Positions 47,321 to 56,959 of a stretch of 64,000 nucleotides of DNA are shown in pieces (position 1 is the stretch's first letter; every line of letters begins with the position of its first letter). Source of the stretch: Flavobacteriales bacterium (GTDB lineage: Bacteria; Bacteroidota; Bacteroidia; Palsa-965); contig NSIF01000002.1 of NCBI GenBank assembly GCA_002737665.1, positions 5,698-69,697 on the forward strand, in the 5' to 3' direction. The notes below the pieces were generated by a model. The model did not search any database and had not been told where the DNA came from. It was given only the letters and a program-made list of their open reading frames with translations. The translations under genes were made by a program, and so were the position numbers.

Positions 47321-48319
47321 TTAGTTTCCTATCCCAAGTTTGGCCAATCTTTCTAATTCTGAAACAACAATGTTTTGTAAAGACGTTTTTGAAGCTTCGC
47401 GATTTCGAAAAATCATTCGATGCTGCAAAACAGGTTGAGCTAAAGAGCGAATATCGTCTTCAATTACAAAATTACGCTGATTAACAAGTGCCCATGCCTT
47501 AAGACATTTGATGAAAATAATACCACCGCGTGTAGAACATCCTAAACTAATATCCGAATTCTTACGCGTACCTTGAACGATGTTTACTACGGATTTAACT
47601 AATTCTGGATGAATCAACACATTTTCAGCCTCCTGCTGCAAACCAATAATATCTGAATAAGTTAGAACCTGACTCACATTATTTCTAACATCGCCAATGG
47701 CAACATAATTATTATAAATATCAAGTTCCACCTCTTCAGAAACATAGCCAAAACTTATTTTCATAAAAAAACGATCTAATTGCGCCGCTGGCAAAGGGTA
47801 TGTTCCCTCCATCTCAATTGGATTTTGAGTAGCAATGGTGAAAAATAATTTATCAAGTAGAAATGTTTTATCGCCTGCAGAAATTTGATTTTCTGCCATA
47901 CATTCAAGCAACGCACTTTGCACTTTTGGTGACGCTCTATTAATTTCATCAGCAAGCAGGACATTGGTGAATAAGGGACCCTTCTTAAAAATAAATTCTT
48001 TCTTTGTATCATCAAAAATATGAGATCCAATTAAGTCCATAGGAAGTAAGTCAGGAGTAAACTGTATTCTTTTAAAAGAAACTGTTCCTGCTGCGCCCTC
48101 AGTTAACCCACCTGAAATTGACTGTGCAAGCGTCTTGGCCATTACAGTTTTTCCTGCACCTGGATTATCTTCAAGCAAAATATGACCACGAGCAAGCATA
48201 GCGGCGATCACAAATTTTACTTCTTGCGTCTTACCTCGAATAATTTTTTCGATATTGGAAGTGAGTAGCAACAGTTTTGTACTGTTATTTTCTAGTGGTG
48301 ATAAAGGTTGATTGTCCAT
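47321..48319 (-). CDS. MoxR-family AAA+ ATPase (AAA_3)
   Basis: Carries HILLEDNPGAGKTVMAKTLA (Walker A), LLADEINRASPKVQSALLECMAE (Walker B/sensor) and IATQNPIEMEGTYPLPAAQLDRF. The start is taken at MDNQPL (48319), 7 nt after the upstream stop; the track's 48352 start would overlap by 26 nt. Confidence 0.85.
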   Translation of the reverse strand: MDNQPLSPLENNSTKLLLLTSNIEKIIRGKTQEVKFVIAAMLARGHILLEDNPGAGKTVMAKTLAQSISGGLTEGAAGTVSFKRIQFTPDLLPMDLIGSHIFDDTKKEFIFKKGPLFTNVLLADEINRASPKVQSALLECMAENQISAGDKTFLLDKLFFTIATQNPIEMEGTYPLPAAQLDRFFMKISFGYVSEEVELDIYNNYVAIGDVRNNVSQVLTYSDIIGLQQEAENVLIHPELVKSVVNIVQGTRKNSDISLGCSTRGGIIFIKCLKAWALVNQRNFVIEDDIRSLAQPVLQHRMIFRNREASKTSLQNIVVSELERLAKLGIGN

Positions 48320-48326
48320 ATTGAAT

Positions 48327-51050
48327 TTAATATTCGTTTTGATTGTTAGCATTAGGTTTACGAAAGAATCGTTGGGCTCTAAAAATATTTAAATAATTTA
48401 AACACATCTTTAAAAATCCTATTTTATTTCTGATAGATGGAATCACGGAATTTCCAAAATAGGAAATGAGTTCCTTGTCGCCAGGAAGTAATTGAGCCGA
48501 TGAATATTTCAAACGTAAATAGAGAAGCATAAAGTTCGCAAAACTACTTGCAAAAAGTGGATCTGTTTTTTCTTTAGCATAAGAAAGAGGTGTTTCAGTA
48601 TCACGCTCCACGCCAGCCATGTGAAAATTATATAAGCCAAATTGATAGGCCCGATCTGCACGCTGAAGCGGATTCTTTGCGAATTTAAATAATAACCATA
48701 AAATCAGTAACCATAAAAATGGAATAAGAAAAATGAAAATGAGAATCCCAACTAACAGGTAAACGCCAATCCATAACAGTTGTTGCCAATTCTGATTATT
48801 CGTAAGTGATTTTTCATTCACCTTCTTTTTTTCTTCATCCTTTTTTACATCCTCCGCTCTCATCTTAATATGAATTTCATCAACAATGATAGGTTTTGGA
48901 AAGCCATTGACTTGCTCATCGATGCTCATTTCTGTTTTCGGTTGCGGGATTTTTTTAGACGCATCATCAAAAGAAACCAATACCAAAGAATCATTGGACT
49001 TTATGCAAGATAGTGTAGTGTCTTTTTCACCATAAAATACACGACAAACAGAAGCATCAATTTTAAATCTCCTGCTTTTGTTCAATTGGAAATCTTCATT
49101 AAAGAAAATAATTTTTTGAGCATCAATTTCCAATTGTTTCGATTTCAAATCAGGACCTGTTTCAGTTTTTCCATCTATCACCAGCCATTGCTCTTGTGGC
49201 GGCAGTGGTGGAGTGCCATCGGGGTGTGGCGCTTCGCGTTGGTCATCGTTTCCAATTGTCATATCAAAATCTAACCAACCATAATCTGGAAAGTAAACCT
49301 GTGTCCAAGCGTGTGCCTGGCTTGCATAAAACCAATACCAACCTTTGTTTTTGTCGGCGCGGTCAATCGTTGCAAAGCCAGTGGTAAAACGAGAAGGAAT
49401 TCCAGCGGACCTGAGCAGAAACAAAGAAGCACCAGCAAAGTAAGTGCAATAACCAGCATGCGTTTTGAAAAGAAAAGAATACAACATCGATGTATTAGGA
49501 ATATTTGGATCAGACGGTTTTCCTGGTGTTAAAGTATACCTGAATATTTTCTTGCCATCTTTATCTGTTTGTAAAAAGTAATTTCGAATTGCAATTACTT
49601 TATCAATTGGTGTCAACGCATCCTTTGTTATTCGTTTTGCGAGATTCGCAATAGAGTCATACAATGTCCCTTTAGGTATTGCTGTATAATATCTTAATAC
49701 AGCAGTATCAGCGCTAGCATAGTCAATAACACTTCGCAACGCATTAAACCTTTGTTCTTGGTATTCGCTTAACTGAGCATTGCCAGAAGGATTATACACG
49801 AAATAAGCATTATTTAATTCTGAAACAGTACACTTTACACGGTAAGCAGATCGGAAAAGTTTTTTATAACCGCTATCAACCGGAATAGCTTGAACAAAAT
49901 AAGCACTTGCTGGAGCAAGCAAAGCATGTTTCCATGTATTAGAAGAAACATACACCTGTGCCTCTACATACTTTCGCTGTTTTGATGCCAAACAATTTTT
50001 AATGATATTCCTATCCAATTTAGACCGGTACATCGCTAAGGAAGATGGATCAACATTAAATTCATCAAAATAAGGCATCGAAGCATCACGAATAAAACTC
50101 TCTTTTATAGGATCATACTTTGTCAAATAATGATAGACAAAATAAAGTGGCTGCGGTGTTCCATCTGGAAAATAATTTTTAAGCTTTGCGCAAAACATCA
50201 TGTGATCGGCCTGACTCATTTTATCAGACATTTTCATAGTGTCTTTCAATTTATATCCATCATCCCCATCATCAAGTTTATTTCCACGCTCCAACAATCC
50301 ATTTCGCTCATCATAAGCATTTGCTTTTTCCTTCCCCTTATTTTCATTTTCACCGCCATCAAATTGTCCCCCTTTCTCACCAATATATTTAGAATTTGTG
50401 TTAATAGCAGTGTCAGAAAAAAGTCTTGACAGCCAAAATGCACTGGTCACAAGTAAAAGAAAAACAAGTGTGCGAAGAAAAACTCGCTTTGATTTTTTAA
50501 AATCAAGGTCTATTAAATCAGCAAGTATTGGAGAAATAAAAAGCAGGTAGAGCGCATAAGCTAATACTGGAAATAAGGAAAAGAATAAAGTTGAAATGGA
50601 AAAATCGGTTTGCTCTTTTAATGCTACAATTGAGATGAGTGTCAAAAAAGCTGCAATAATTATAGGACTGAATTTTACTCGCTCCAATAAAAAGCCAAAA
50701 AGCCAACCGATTATAAAAAGTGTAGCATACAGTTTGAATTTTACGACAACTTGAAAAACATCAATTTCTCCGTCGAGCTGAGCCAGTATTCGGCCCAGCA
50801 CCCAATAGACTATTAATAAAATTAAAAATGTAAAAACAAATCTCGCTCTAAAAAAATACAGTATAAAAGAAAACACCAATCCTAAACCAAAATAAAAAGC
50901 TTGATTTACAATACCTATATCTAAATTTGTATAGGACAAATTAAAAATAGCTAATGTAAAATAGGAAATAAAAAGTGTAGGCACAACAATGAAAAACAAC
51001 TTAAAGAGAAGTTGAAAAATTGTTTTTCTATTTGATAAAATAGTACTCAT
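48327..51050 (-). CDS. Polytopic transglutaminase-domain protein (TgpA-like; N-terminal TM block + transglutaminase core + late TM + DUF4129-like tail)
   Basis: 907 aa with about 6 N-terminal TM helices. The catalytic Cys lies in HAGYCTYFAGASLFLLRSAGIPSRF, and His/Asp in HAWTQVYFPDYGWLDFD. These are followed by TM helix LLWIGVYLLVGILIFIFLIPFLWLLILWLLF and a C-terminal domain. Confidence 0.8.
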   Translation of the reverse strand: MSTILSNRKTIFQLLFKLFFIVVPTLFISYFTLAIFNLSYTNLDIGIVNQAFYFGLGLVFSFILYFFRARFVFTFLILLIVYWVLGRILAQLDGEIDVFQVVVKFKLYATLFIIGWLFGFLLERVKFSPIIIAAFLTLISIVALKEQTDFSISTLFFSLFPVLAYALYLLFISPILADLIDLDFKKSKRVFLRTLVFLLLVTSAFWLSRLFSDTAINTNSKYIGEKGGQFDGGENENKGKEKANAYDERNGLLERGNKLDDGDDGYKLKDTMKMSDKMSQADHMMFCAKLKNYFPDGTPQPLYFVYHYLTKYDPIKESFIRDASMPYFDEFNVDPSSLAMYRSKLDRNIIKNCLASKQRKYVEAQVYVSSNTWKHALLAPASAYFVQAIPVDSGYKKLFRSAYRVKCTVSELNNAYFVYNPSGNAQLSEYQEQRFNALRSVIDYASADTAVLRYYTAIPKGTLYDSIANLAKRITKDALTPIDKVIAIRNYFLQTDKDGKKIFRYTLTPGKPSDPNIPNTSMLYSFLFKTHAGYCTYFAGASLFLLRSAGIPSRFTTGFATIDRADKNKGWYWFYASQAHAWTQVYFPDYGWLDFDMTIGNDDQREAPHPDGTPPLPPQEQWLVIDGKTETGPDLKSKQLEIDAQKIIFFNEDFQLNKSRRFKIDASVCRVFYGEKDTTLSCIKSNDSLVLVSFDDASKKIPQPKTEMSIDEQVNGFPKPIIVDEIHIKMRAEDVKKDEEKKKVNEKSLTNNQNWQQLLWIGVYLLVGILIFIFLIPFLWLLILWLLFKFAKNPLQRADRAYQFGLYNFHMAGVERDTETPLSYAKEKTDPLFASSFANFMLLYLRLKYSSAQLLPGDKELISYFGNSVIPSIRNKIGFLKMCLNYLNIFRAQRFFRKPNANNQNEY

Positions 51051-52423
51051 ACAGATTCATTAGCAGAAATAATCCAACTGTTACCTCTTTTAGTTAATAA
51101 CTTAAGAATAGCACGTTCATTAATTATCAAGCGAGTTCGCAAAGGTGCAATTAACCAAGGCCTACGCAATTCAACTGCTGCCGTTTTTTCAGGAACAAAA
51201 AACAAATTGCGAATGCTAAAATTAAAAGGAGACCCGATTGCATCTGACAAACGGACCACAACAATTGGGGTCTGCTCCGGCAACCTTTCAATAACCTTTT
51301 GCACTTCAGCTGCTGACGAGAAAGCCGACAAGCAAACAAATGCAGCTTTACTCGAACTAATCAATTCACTTGGAATATTTTCACTCTGCCAATGTGCAGC
51401 CGAGATGTGAAACAGTTCATTTTTAGCATCGCCCATGCCAGAAATTTTTTGAAGTTCTTGGTCATACTGAATTTTAACTTCAAAACCATTTTGCTGCAAA
51501 GCTTCGAAAATATTTCTTACTTTATCCTTATAACTATTTAATATTTCTCGTTCAAAAATTCCATTCAAACCGACTGTGACATCAGCAAAAAAGCTTGCAT
51601 AAAAATACAAATGAGATGCATACGGATCTTTTGTTTCAGGTATTCGAACTACCAATTGGCCATTACGCGCATATATTTTCCATACAATTCTTCGCACATC
51701 ATCGCCAGTTTCAAAATCTTTATAATTAATATATTCTCCTTCGCTTGGTTTTGGTATTTCGATGCGTTCCGTTTGTTCTTCCGTTGTATTGGGCTGCGCG
51801 ACTACAGCTTTTTCTTTTTGAATCTGTGGCAAAGTATAAAACTGTTGGCGAGCTAAAAGCGTATAGGGAATTCCAAATAACCTAAACATGTCGCAAAACT
51901 GAAGTTGAACTTCTTCAACATCATAAATCCCTCGGTCGTGCAAATCAGCCATAGCCGTTCCCCGAATCAATTTACGAATAATGCTATTTTTACGGTATAT
52001 ATTTTCATCTAGTATTATCGGATTAGACATTTTATAATCCGAAAAAACAACGCGAGCTCGAACGGATCCGAGAAAAGGACGTAAGACACCGTTTAGCAAT
52101 ACAGCTACAGAAACCATTCCCGCTTCTACCTTTTCTGCAGTGCCAATTTGTATTTTAAATTCTATTTTCTTTTGTTTGACTCTGTAAATAAAATGAAGCC
52201 ATGCTAAAAAGACTGTAATCAAACTAAATGAAAATAGAAATAAAACTACCCACCCTATGATTAAAAAAAAGAGATGCATGACTATCCAAACTAGCTCCTC
52301 TGGATCTTTTCCGTATTGTTTTTTTAAGCCATACCAACTCATCCAAAATAGAAAAGCACTCAGCACTAATTGCCAACTGACAAGTGTGTAATTAGACCAA
52401 TATGCTAAACGACGTAAACGCAT
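51047..52423 (-). CDS. DUF58 domain protein with N-terminal TM helices (first gene of the MoxR operon)
   Basis: 458 aa. DFETGDDVRRIVWKIYARNGQLVVRIPE matches the DUF58 signature (D.R.I.W...AR...L.V). There are three N-terminal TM helices. The stop overlaps the transglutaminase start (ATGA). Confidence 0.7.
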   Translation of the reverse strand: MRLRRLAYWSNYTLVSWQLVLSAFLFWMSWYGLKKQYGKDPEELVWIVMHLFFLIIGWVVLFLFSFSLITVFLAWLHFIYRVKQKKIEFKIQIGTAEKVEAGMVSVAVLLNGVLRPFLGSVRARVVFSDYKMSNPIILDENIYRKNSIIRKLIRGTAMADLHDRGIYDVEEVQLQFCDMFRLFGIPYTLLARQQFYTLPQIQKEKAVVAQPNTTEEQTERIEIPKPSEGEYINYKDFETGDDVRRIVWKIYARNGQLVVRIPETKDPYASHLYFYASFFADVTVGLNGIFEREILNSYKDKVRNIFEALQQNGFEVKIQYDQELQKISGMGDAKNELFHISAAHWQSENIPSELISSSKAAFVCLSAFSSAAEVQKVIERLPEQTPIVVVRLSDAIGSPFNFSIRNLFFVPEKTAAVELRRPWLIAPLRTRLIINERAILKLLTKRGNSWIISANESV

Positions 52424-52645
52424 TTATTTAAAACGAATTCCTTGACCTTAAAGATATGCAGATTGTCAATCCGACAATGAGTAGAATTTCAAAATTAAAT
52501 CTATTAAGTAAAAAATATGCTTAGGGCCATGTCAACTATAAAATGTCAAGCTTGAAATATAAAAGTCCAAGCACATTTACCTATATTTACACCTTTATAT
52601 CCAAACTGATTTCTTCCAGTAGCGTTTGGGTTTTTTATAGACACA

Positions 52646-53656
52646 ATGAAACTTCAGAACCACCTTTTTCTATTCTTTCTTTCAACATTGTTGTGTTTAG
52701 CATCCTGTGGTACCGGAACCAAACCTGTAGCTGCAGATTCGCTTTTAGGGAAGGACTCCATCGTTACCATCAATGAACAAATTAGAAAAGACCCTGGCAA
52801 CCTAAACCTTTATTTAGAACGTTCTAAGATTTACTTAGCTCGCAAGGACTATGGCGCTTCAATGGCTGATATAGATAGAATAATTGCCATTGACAGCAGT
52901 AAAGCTGATTTTTTAATTGCAGCAGCAGATCTAAATTTCTTTACAGGAAGGGTTACACGTGCAAAACAACTACTTGACCGTGCTGTACTTGTAAATCCAA
53001 CTAATATCGATTGCCTGCTTCGACTTGCACAACTCTACCATTACCTTACAAAATTTGATGAGGAAATGAAATTGATTGACCGCGCTCTTCACCAAGATGT
53101 TCACTTCGCACAAGCATATTTTATGAAAGGAATGTTATTTAAAGAACGTGGCGATACCATGCGCGCCATATCAAGTATGCAAACAGCAGTTGAACAAGAC
53201 CCTGACTATTACAATGCCTACATTCAACTAGGAATAATGAATGCTGCTAAGAAAAACTCAATAGCTGAAACCTACTACTTAAATGCCTTAAAAGTAAATG
53301 TTAGCAGTGTAGAAGCATTGTATAATTTAGGAATGTATTATCAAGAAATCGACAATTATAATGCTGCAATAGAAACCTATACAACCTTATTAAAAGTAAA
53401 CCCGCATCATTTCGACTCCCATTTCAATTTAGGGATGTTGCATACTGTAAAACTTGGTGTAGTCGATGAAGGGATGCGCTATTTTAATGAAGCAATTGCT
53501 GATAACCCAAAAGAACCACGAGGTTATTACGGAAGAGCATACTGCTTTGAAAAAAAGGGAGATGTCACAAATGCTACAATCGATTACAAAATGGCATTAA
53601 CAGTTGACCCTGACTACACAAATGCCGCTATTGCCCTTTCAAGATTAGGAAAATAA
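52646..53656 (+). CDS. TPR-repeat lipoprotein
   Basis: 336 aa with lipoprotein signal LLCLASCGT and multiple 34-aa TPR units (AYFMKGMLFKERGD, AYIQLGIMNA, ALYNLGMYYQEIDNYNAAIETY, GYYGRAYCFEKKGD). Confidence 0.7.
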   Translation: MKLQNHLFLFFLSTLLCLASCGTGTKPVAADSLLGKDSIVTINEQIRKDPGNLNLYLERSKIYLARKDYGASMADIDRIIAIDSSKADFLIAAADLNFFTGRVTRAKQLLDRAVLVNPTNIDCLLRLAQLYHYLTKFDEEMKLIDRALHQDVHFAQAYFMKGMLFKERGDTMRAISSMQTAVEQDPDYYNAYIQLGIMNAAKKNSIAETYYLNALKVNVSSVEALYNLGMYYQEIDNYNAAIETYTTLLKVNPHHFDSHFNLGMLHTVKLGVVDEGMRYFNEAIADNPKEPRGYYGRAYCFEKKGDVTNATIDYKMALTVDPDYTNAAIALSRLGK

Positions 53657-53669
53657 AGATTTGAGCAAT

Positions 53670-54191
53670 TTAAAATTCCAAAAATCCTTTGGCGTGTTTT
53701 TGAAGTAATTTAAGCGTTACTTCATCAACAAGTTTAAACTCACTATTCACCATTTTTTTTATCCCAGAAATTGGCAGATTATACGGATAAACAGATACAC
53801 TTAAATAGTTGAGTGCATTTGATATCTGGTCGAGACCTCGAAGATTCCCAGAACGCCCGTCAGAAACTCCAACCATAGCAACCTTTTTATGTTGTAAATC
53901 AATAGGGTTAATGCCATCCAAAAACAACTTAAAAATGCCTGGAAAAGTCCCTTGATATTCAGGTAAAATGATAATTAATTTAGATGAAGGCCGTATGTAC
54001 TTATTGATTAGACTATCAAACTCAATAGTCTTAGGATCAGAAAGATAAGAAAATGCAAAGTCTACTGGTAATTCCAGAAGTGAGAAAATCTGGCATTCAT
54101 TTCCAGATTGTTTTAAAATCTCTTCATAAGCTTGAGAAACGATGAGAGTTTTACTGAATTGCCTATTTGTACCAGAAATAATTGTAATCAT
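53670..54191 (-). CDS. NAD(P)H-dependent FMN reductase (flavodoxin-like fold)
   Basis: The start is taken at MITIISGTNRQFSKT, typical of this family. It also carries LIIILPEYQGTFPGIFKLFLD. The track extends 22 codons upstream. Confidence 0.65.
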   Translation of the reverse strand: MITIISGTNRQFSKTLIVSQAYEEILKQSGNECQIFSLLELPVDFAFSYLSDPKTIEFDSLINKYIRPSSKLIIILPEYQGTFPGIFKLFLDGINPIDLQHKKVAMVGVSDGRSGNLRGLDQISNALNYLSVSVYPYNLPISGIKKMVNSEFKLVDEVTLKLLQKHAKGFLEF

Positions 54192-54438
54192 AGTTGACAA
54201 TTTATTAAACGCTTTTGTTGAAAATTTCCATTTAACCTCCGTCAACGCGGAAATCAATTTCTTACCTTCGGACTAAATTTAAGAACAGTAACAGTTAAGC
54301 AAAGTAAAGGAATTTCTTTTTATGAATTGAAAACAATTTCTTAATCAACAACAATTGAAATAAAATACAAAAATAGTTTCTTAAATTATCCGAGTTGATT
54401 AATTATTAAATTCTGCACTAGCAGATGTAAGGTAAAAA

Positions 54439-55251
54439 ATGGGAAAAATAATTGCAATTGCAAACCAAAAAGGCGGAGTAGGAAAAACTACTACTGCAAT
54501 CAATTTAGCTGCGAGTTTCGCTGTATTAGAGTATCGAACGCTGTTAGTCGATGCTGATCCACAAGCTAATGCAACCTCAGGCGTTGGGTTTGATCCGAAA
54601 AACATTAAAACAAGTATATATGAATGCATCATTGACGGGAAAGAGCCGAAAGACATCATATTACAAACTACTACACCAAACCTTGATTTACTCCCTGCTC
54701 ACATTGACCTTGTTGGTGCAGAAATTGAAATGATTAATCTTCCTAATCGTGAGAAAATGATGCGCCATGTGCTGGCGAAAGTAAAAGAAGATTATGATTT
54801 TATTATTCTCGATTGTTCCCCATCACTTGGTTTAGTTACGCTGAATAGCCTTACCGCAGCCGATTCTGTAATTATTCCTGTTCAATGTGAATATTTTGCA
54901 CTTGAAGGTCTCGGTAAATTGCTCAACACAATAAAAATTGTTCAAACACGTCTCAACCCTGATCTCGGCATAGAAGGAATACTACTTACAATGTATGACA
55001 TTCGACTTCGATTGAGCAACCAAGTTGTTGAGGAAGTCAAAACACATTTCCAATCGATGGTGTTTGATACTATTATTCAACGAAATACAAAATTAGGAGA
55101 AGCTCCAAGCTTCGGCGAAACAATTATTATGCATGATGCAACAAGTAAAGGAGCTATTAATTACTTAAATCTTGCTAGAGAAGTTTTGCAAAAAAACAAC
55201 ATGACTAGATTGAGCGACGAAGAAAAAATTATTAATAACACACAAAATTAA
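54439..55251 (+). CDS. parA: Chromosome partitioning ATPase ParA/Soj
   Basis: 270 aa. Carries the deviant Walker A IAIANQKGGVGKTTTAINLA, VDADPQANAT and FIILDCSPSLG. Confidence 0.9.
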   Translation: MGKIIAIANQKGGVGKTTTAINLAASFAVLEYRTLLVDADPQANATSGVGFDPKNIKTSIYECIIDGKEPKDIILQTTTPNLDLLPAHIDLVGAEIEMINLPNREKMMRHVLAKVKEDYDFIILDCSPSLGLVTLNSLTAADSVIIPVQCEYFALEGLGKLLNTIKIVQTRLNPDLGIEGILLTMYDIRLRLSNQVVEEVKTHFQSMVFDTIIQRNTKLGEAPSFGETIIMHDATSKGAINYLNLAREVLQKNNMTRLSDEEKIINNTQN

Positions 55252-55289
55252 AAGAAGATTTCATTTTTTGAAATTGAAATCTATTGACC

Positions 55290-56189
55290 ATGAACAATAA
55301 ACGCAACGCACTCGGACGAGGACTAAGCGCACTTTTAGAAAGTGCATCGACAGATATTACATCCAACATAAAATCGAATAACGAATTAGGTGCTGTAGTA
55401 GGTGCTGTAACGAATTTGCCACTCTTACAGATTGAAGTCAATCCATTTCAACCTCGCTCCCACTTTGAGCAACAAGCACTAAATGAATTAGTAGAATCAA
55501 TAAAATTACATGGGATCATTCAACCTGTTACAGTAAGAAAAATGGGATATGATCGCTTCCAATTAATTTCTGGAGAAAGGCGATTTCGCGCATCGCAATT
55601 AGCAGGATTAGAAACCATTCCTGCCTACGTAAGAGTAGCAAACGACCAAGCGATGTTGGAAATGGCATTGGTAGAAAATATCCAAAGAGAAAATCTAGAC
55701 GCAATTGAAATTGCAATTAGCTATAAGCGACTCATTGAAGAATGTAGTTTGACCCAAGAACAACTCAGCGAAAAAGTAAGCAAACAACGATCGACAGTTA
55801 CAAATTACTTACGCCTACTAAAACTTCCGCCTGAAGTTCAACTTGGAATTCGAGAAAAGAAAATATCAATGGGCCATGCGCGTGCATTGATTAATGTAGA
55901 AAAAGCGGAGGATATGGTAGAGATTTATCATCGCATAATGGAAGACGACCTTTCTGTTCGTGATGTAGAAGAACTAACCCGTGATAAGAAAAAAATAGAA
56001 CCCCGGTTAAAACACAAAAATTTAACAGGAAATTTAACTGAAAAATACAGCGATAAATTAAAAAGTCTATCCAAGCAGTACAATGCAAAAATTGAATTAA
56101 AAAGCAATGTACAAGGTGCAGGGAAAATTATTATTCCTTTCGCAAATGAAGATGACCTTGATAAAATTATAGACGCGCTTGACATTTAA
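55290..56189 (+). CDS. parB: Chromosome partitioning protein ParB/Spo0J
   Basis: Carries ALGRGLSALL, PFQPR, IIQPVTVR, the LISGERRFRA (GERR) box and the HTH QEQLSEKVSKQRSTVTNYLRLL. The ATG at 55290 is preferred. Confidence 0.9.
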   Translation: MNNKRNALGRGLSALLESASTDITSNIKSNNELGAVVGAVTNLPLLQIEVNPFQPRSHFEQQALNELVESIKLHGIIQPVTVRKMGYDRFQLISGERRFRASQLAGLETIPAYVRVANDQAMLEMALVENIQRENLDAIEIAISYKRLIEECSLTQEQLSEKVSKQRSTVTNYLRLLKLPPEVQLGIREKKISMGHARALINVEKAEDMVEIYHRIMEDDLSVRDVEELTRDKKKIEPRLKHKNLTGNLTEKYSDKLKSLSKQYNAKIELKSNVQGAGKIIIPFANEDDLDKIIDALDI

Positions 56190-56210
56190 GTTCCAATTCT
56201 ATCCTAAATA

Positions 56211-56218
56211 TAATTTTG
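56211..56218 (+). promoter_or_regulatory. Candidate -7 box (TAATTTTG) upstream of the DUF5683-like gene
   Basis: Exact TAnnTTTG match, 32 nt upstream of the ATG at 56251. Confidence 0.35.
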
Positions 56219-56250
56219 TAATCTTCGATATCTAAATCTAAATTCAGAAA

Positions 56251-56847
56251 ATGCGGTATTGGATATTTTCTATTTTACTTTTTCTTCTTCCTCAATTCGT
56301 CCAAGCACAATTATCTTTTGCTAAACGTACAAATTATACGCAACCCAATAATATAAGCTTGCACAAGCTAAGTGCTTTCGATACGCTTACCAAAATAAAC
56401 AAGATTGGACCAAAACAAATTGCAATCATGAGCACCTGCTTGCCTGGTCTTGGACAAATTTACAATCACAAATGGTGGAAAACTCCAATTATATACGCAG
56501 GGTTTGCCGGGCTTGTTTATGGATTTTCATTTAATCATAAAATTTATAATGAATATAGAAATGCCCTACATTACCGATACGACGATGATCCAACTACCAA
56601 TGATAATTTTCAAAATTATTCAGATGATAATTTAGTTACGCTAAAAAATTACTACCAACGTTACAGAGATTTAACCATCATTGGCATGGCAGCACTCTAT
56701 ACCTTACAAATTGTTGATGCCACCGTTGACGCTCACCTAAAAACCTTCGACGTGAGCGATAAGTTATCCTTACAAGTAAAACCCATGCTTTACCCTTCAA
56801 CTAATGGTTTGGTAGGAATGTTTGGTATTCGATTGAATTACCGATAA
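56251..56847 (+). CDS. DUF5683-like membrane/outer-membrane protein commonly found after parB in Bacteroidota
   Basis: 198 aa with a signal peptide. Carries CLPGLGQIYNHKWWKTPIIYAGFAG and TLQIVDATVDAHL. Family assigned from memory of the motif and the synteny. Confidence 0.5.
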   Translation: MRYWIFSILLFLLPQFVQAQLSFAKRTNYTQPNNISLHKLSAFDTLTKINKIGPKQIAIMSTCLPGLGQIYNHKWWKTPIIYAGFAGLVYGFSFNHKIYNEYRNALHYRYDDDPTTNDNFQNYSDDNLVTLKNYYQRYRDLTIIGMAALYTLQIVDATVDAHLKTFDVSDKLSLQVKPMLYPSTNGLVGMFGIRLNYR

Positions 56848-56947
56848 AATAGCACTTTATTAGCTAGCTTTTTTAACTAAAATGAACACCATTCCTACAA
56901 TAATACGTCCTTAAATCAGTTAAAGGAGTTTGTTGCCTATAATTACT

Positions 56948-56955
56948 TAATTTTG
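56948..56955 (+). promoter_or_regulatory. Candidate -7 box (TAATTTTG) 4 nt upstream of the ATG at 56960
   Basis: Exact TAnnTTTG match, with the same leaderless-like geometry as queD and rluD. Confidence 0.4.
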
Positions 56956-56959
56956 AGGG

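Noticed and set aside
52951-52968. parS-like sequence ggttacacgtgcaaaaca containing the CACGTG core
   Set aside because: It matches only about 12 of 16 positions of TGTTNCACGTGAAACA, has asymmetric arms, and lies inside the TPR lipoprotein CDS far from parB. This is not convincing.
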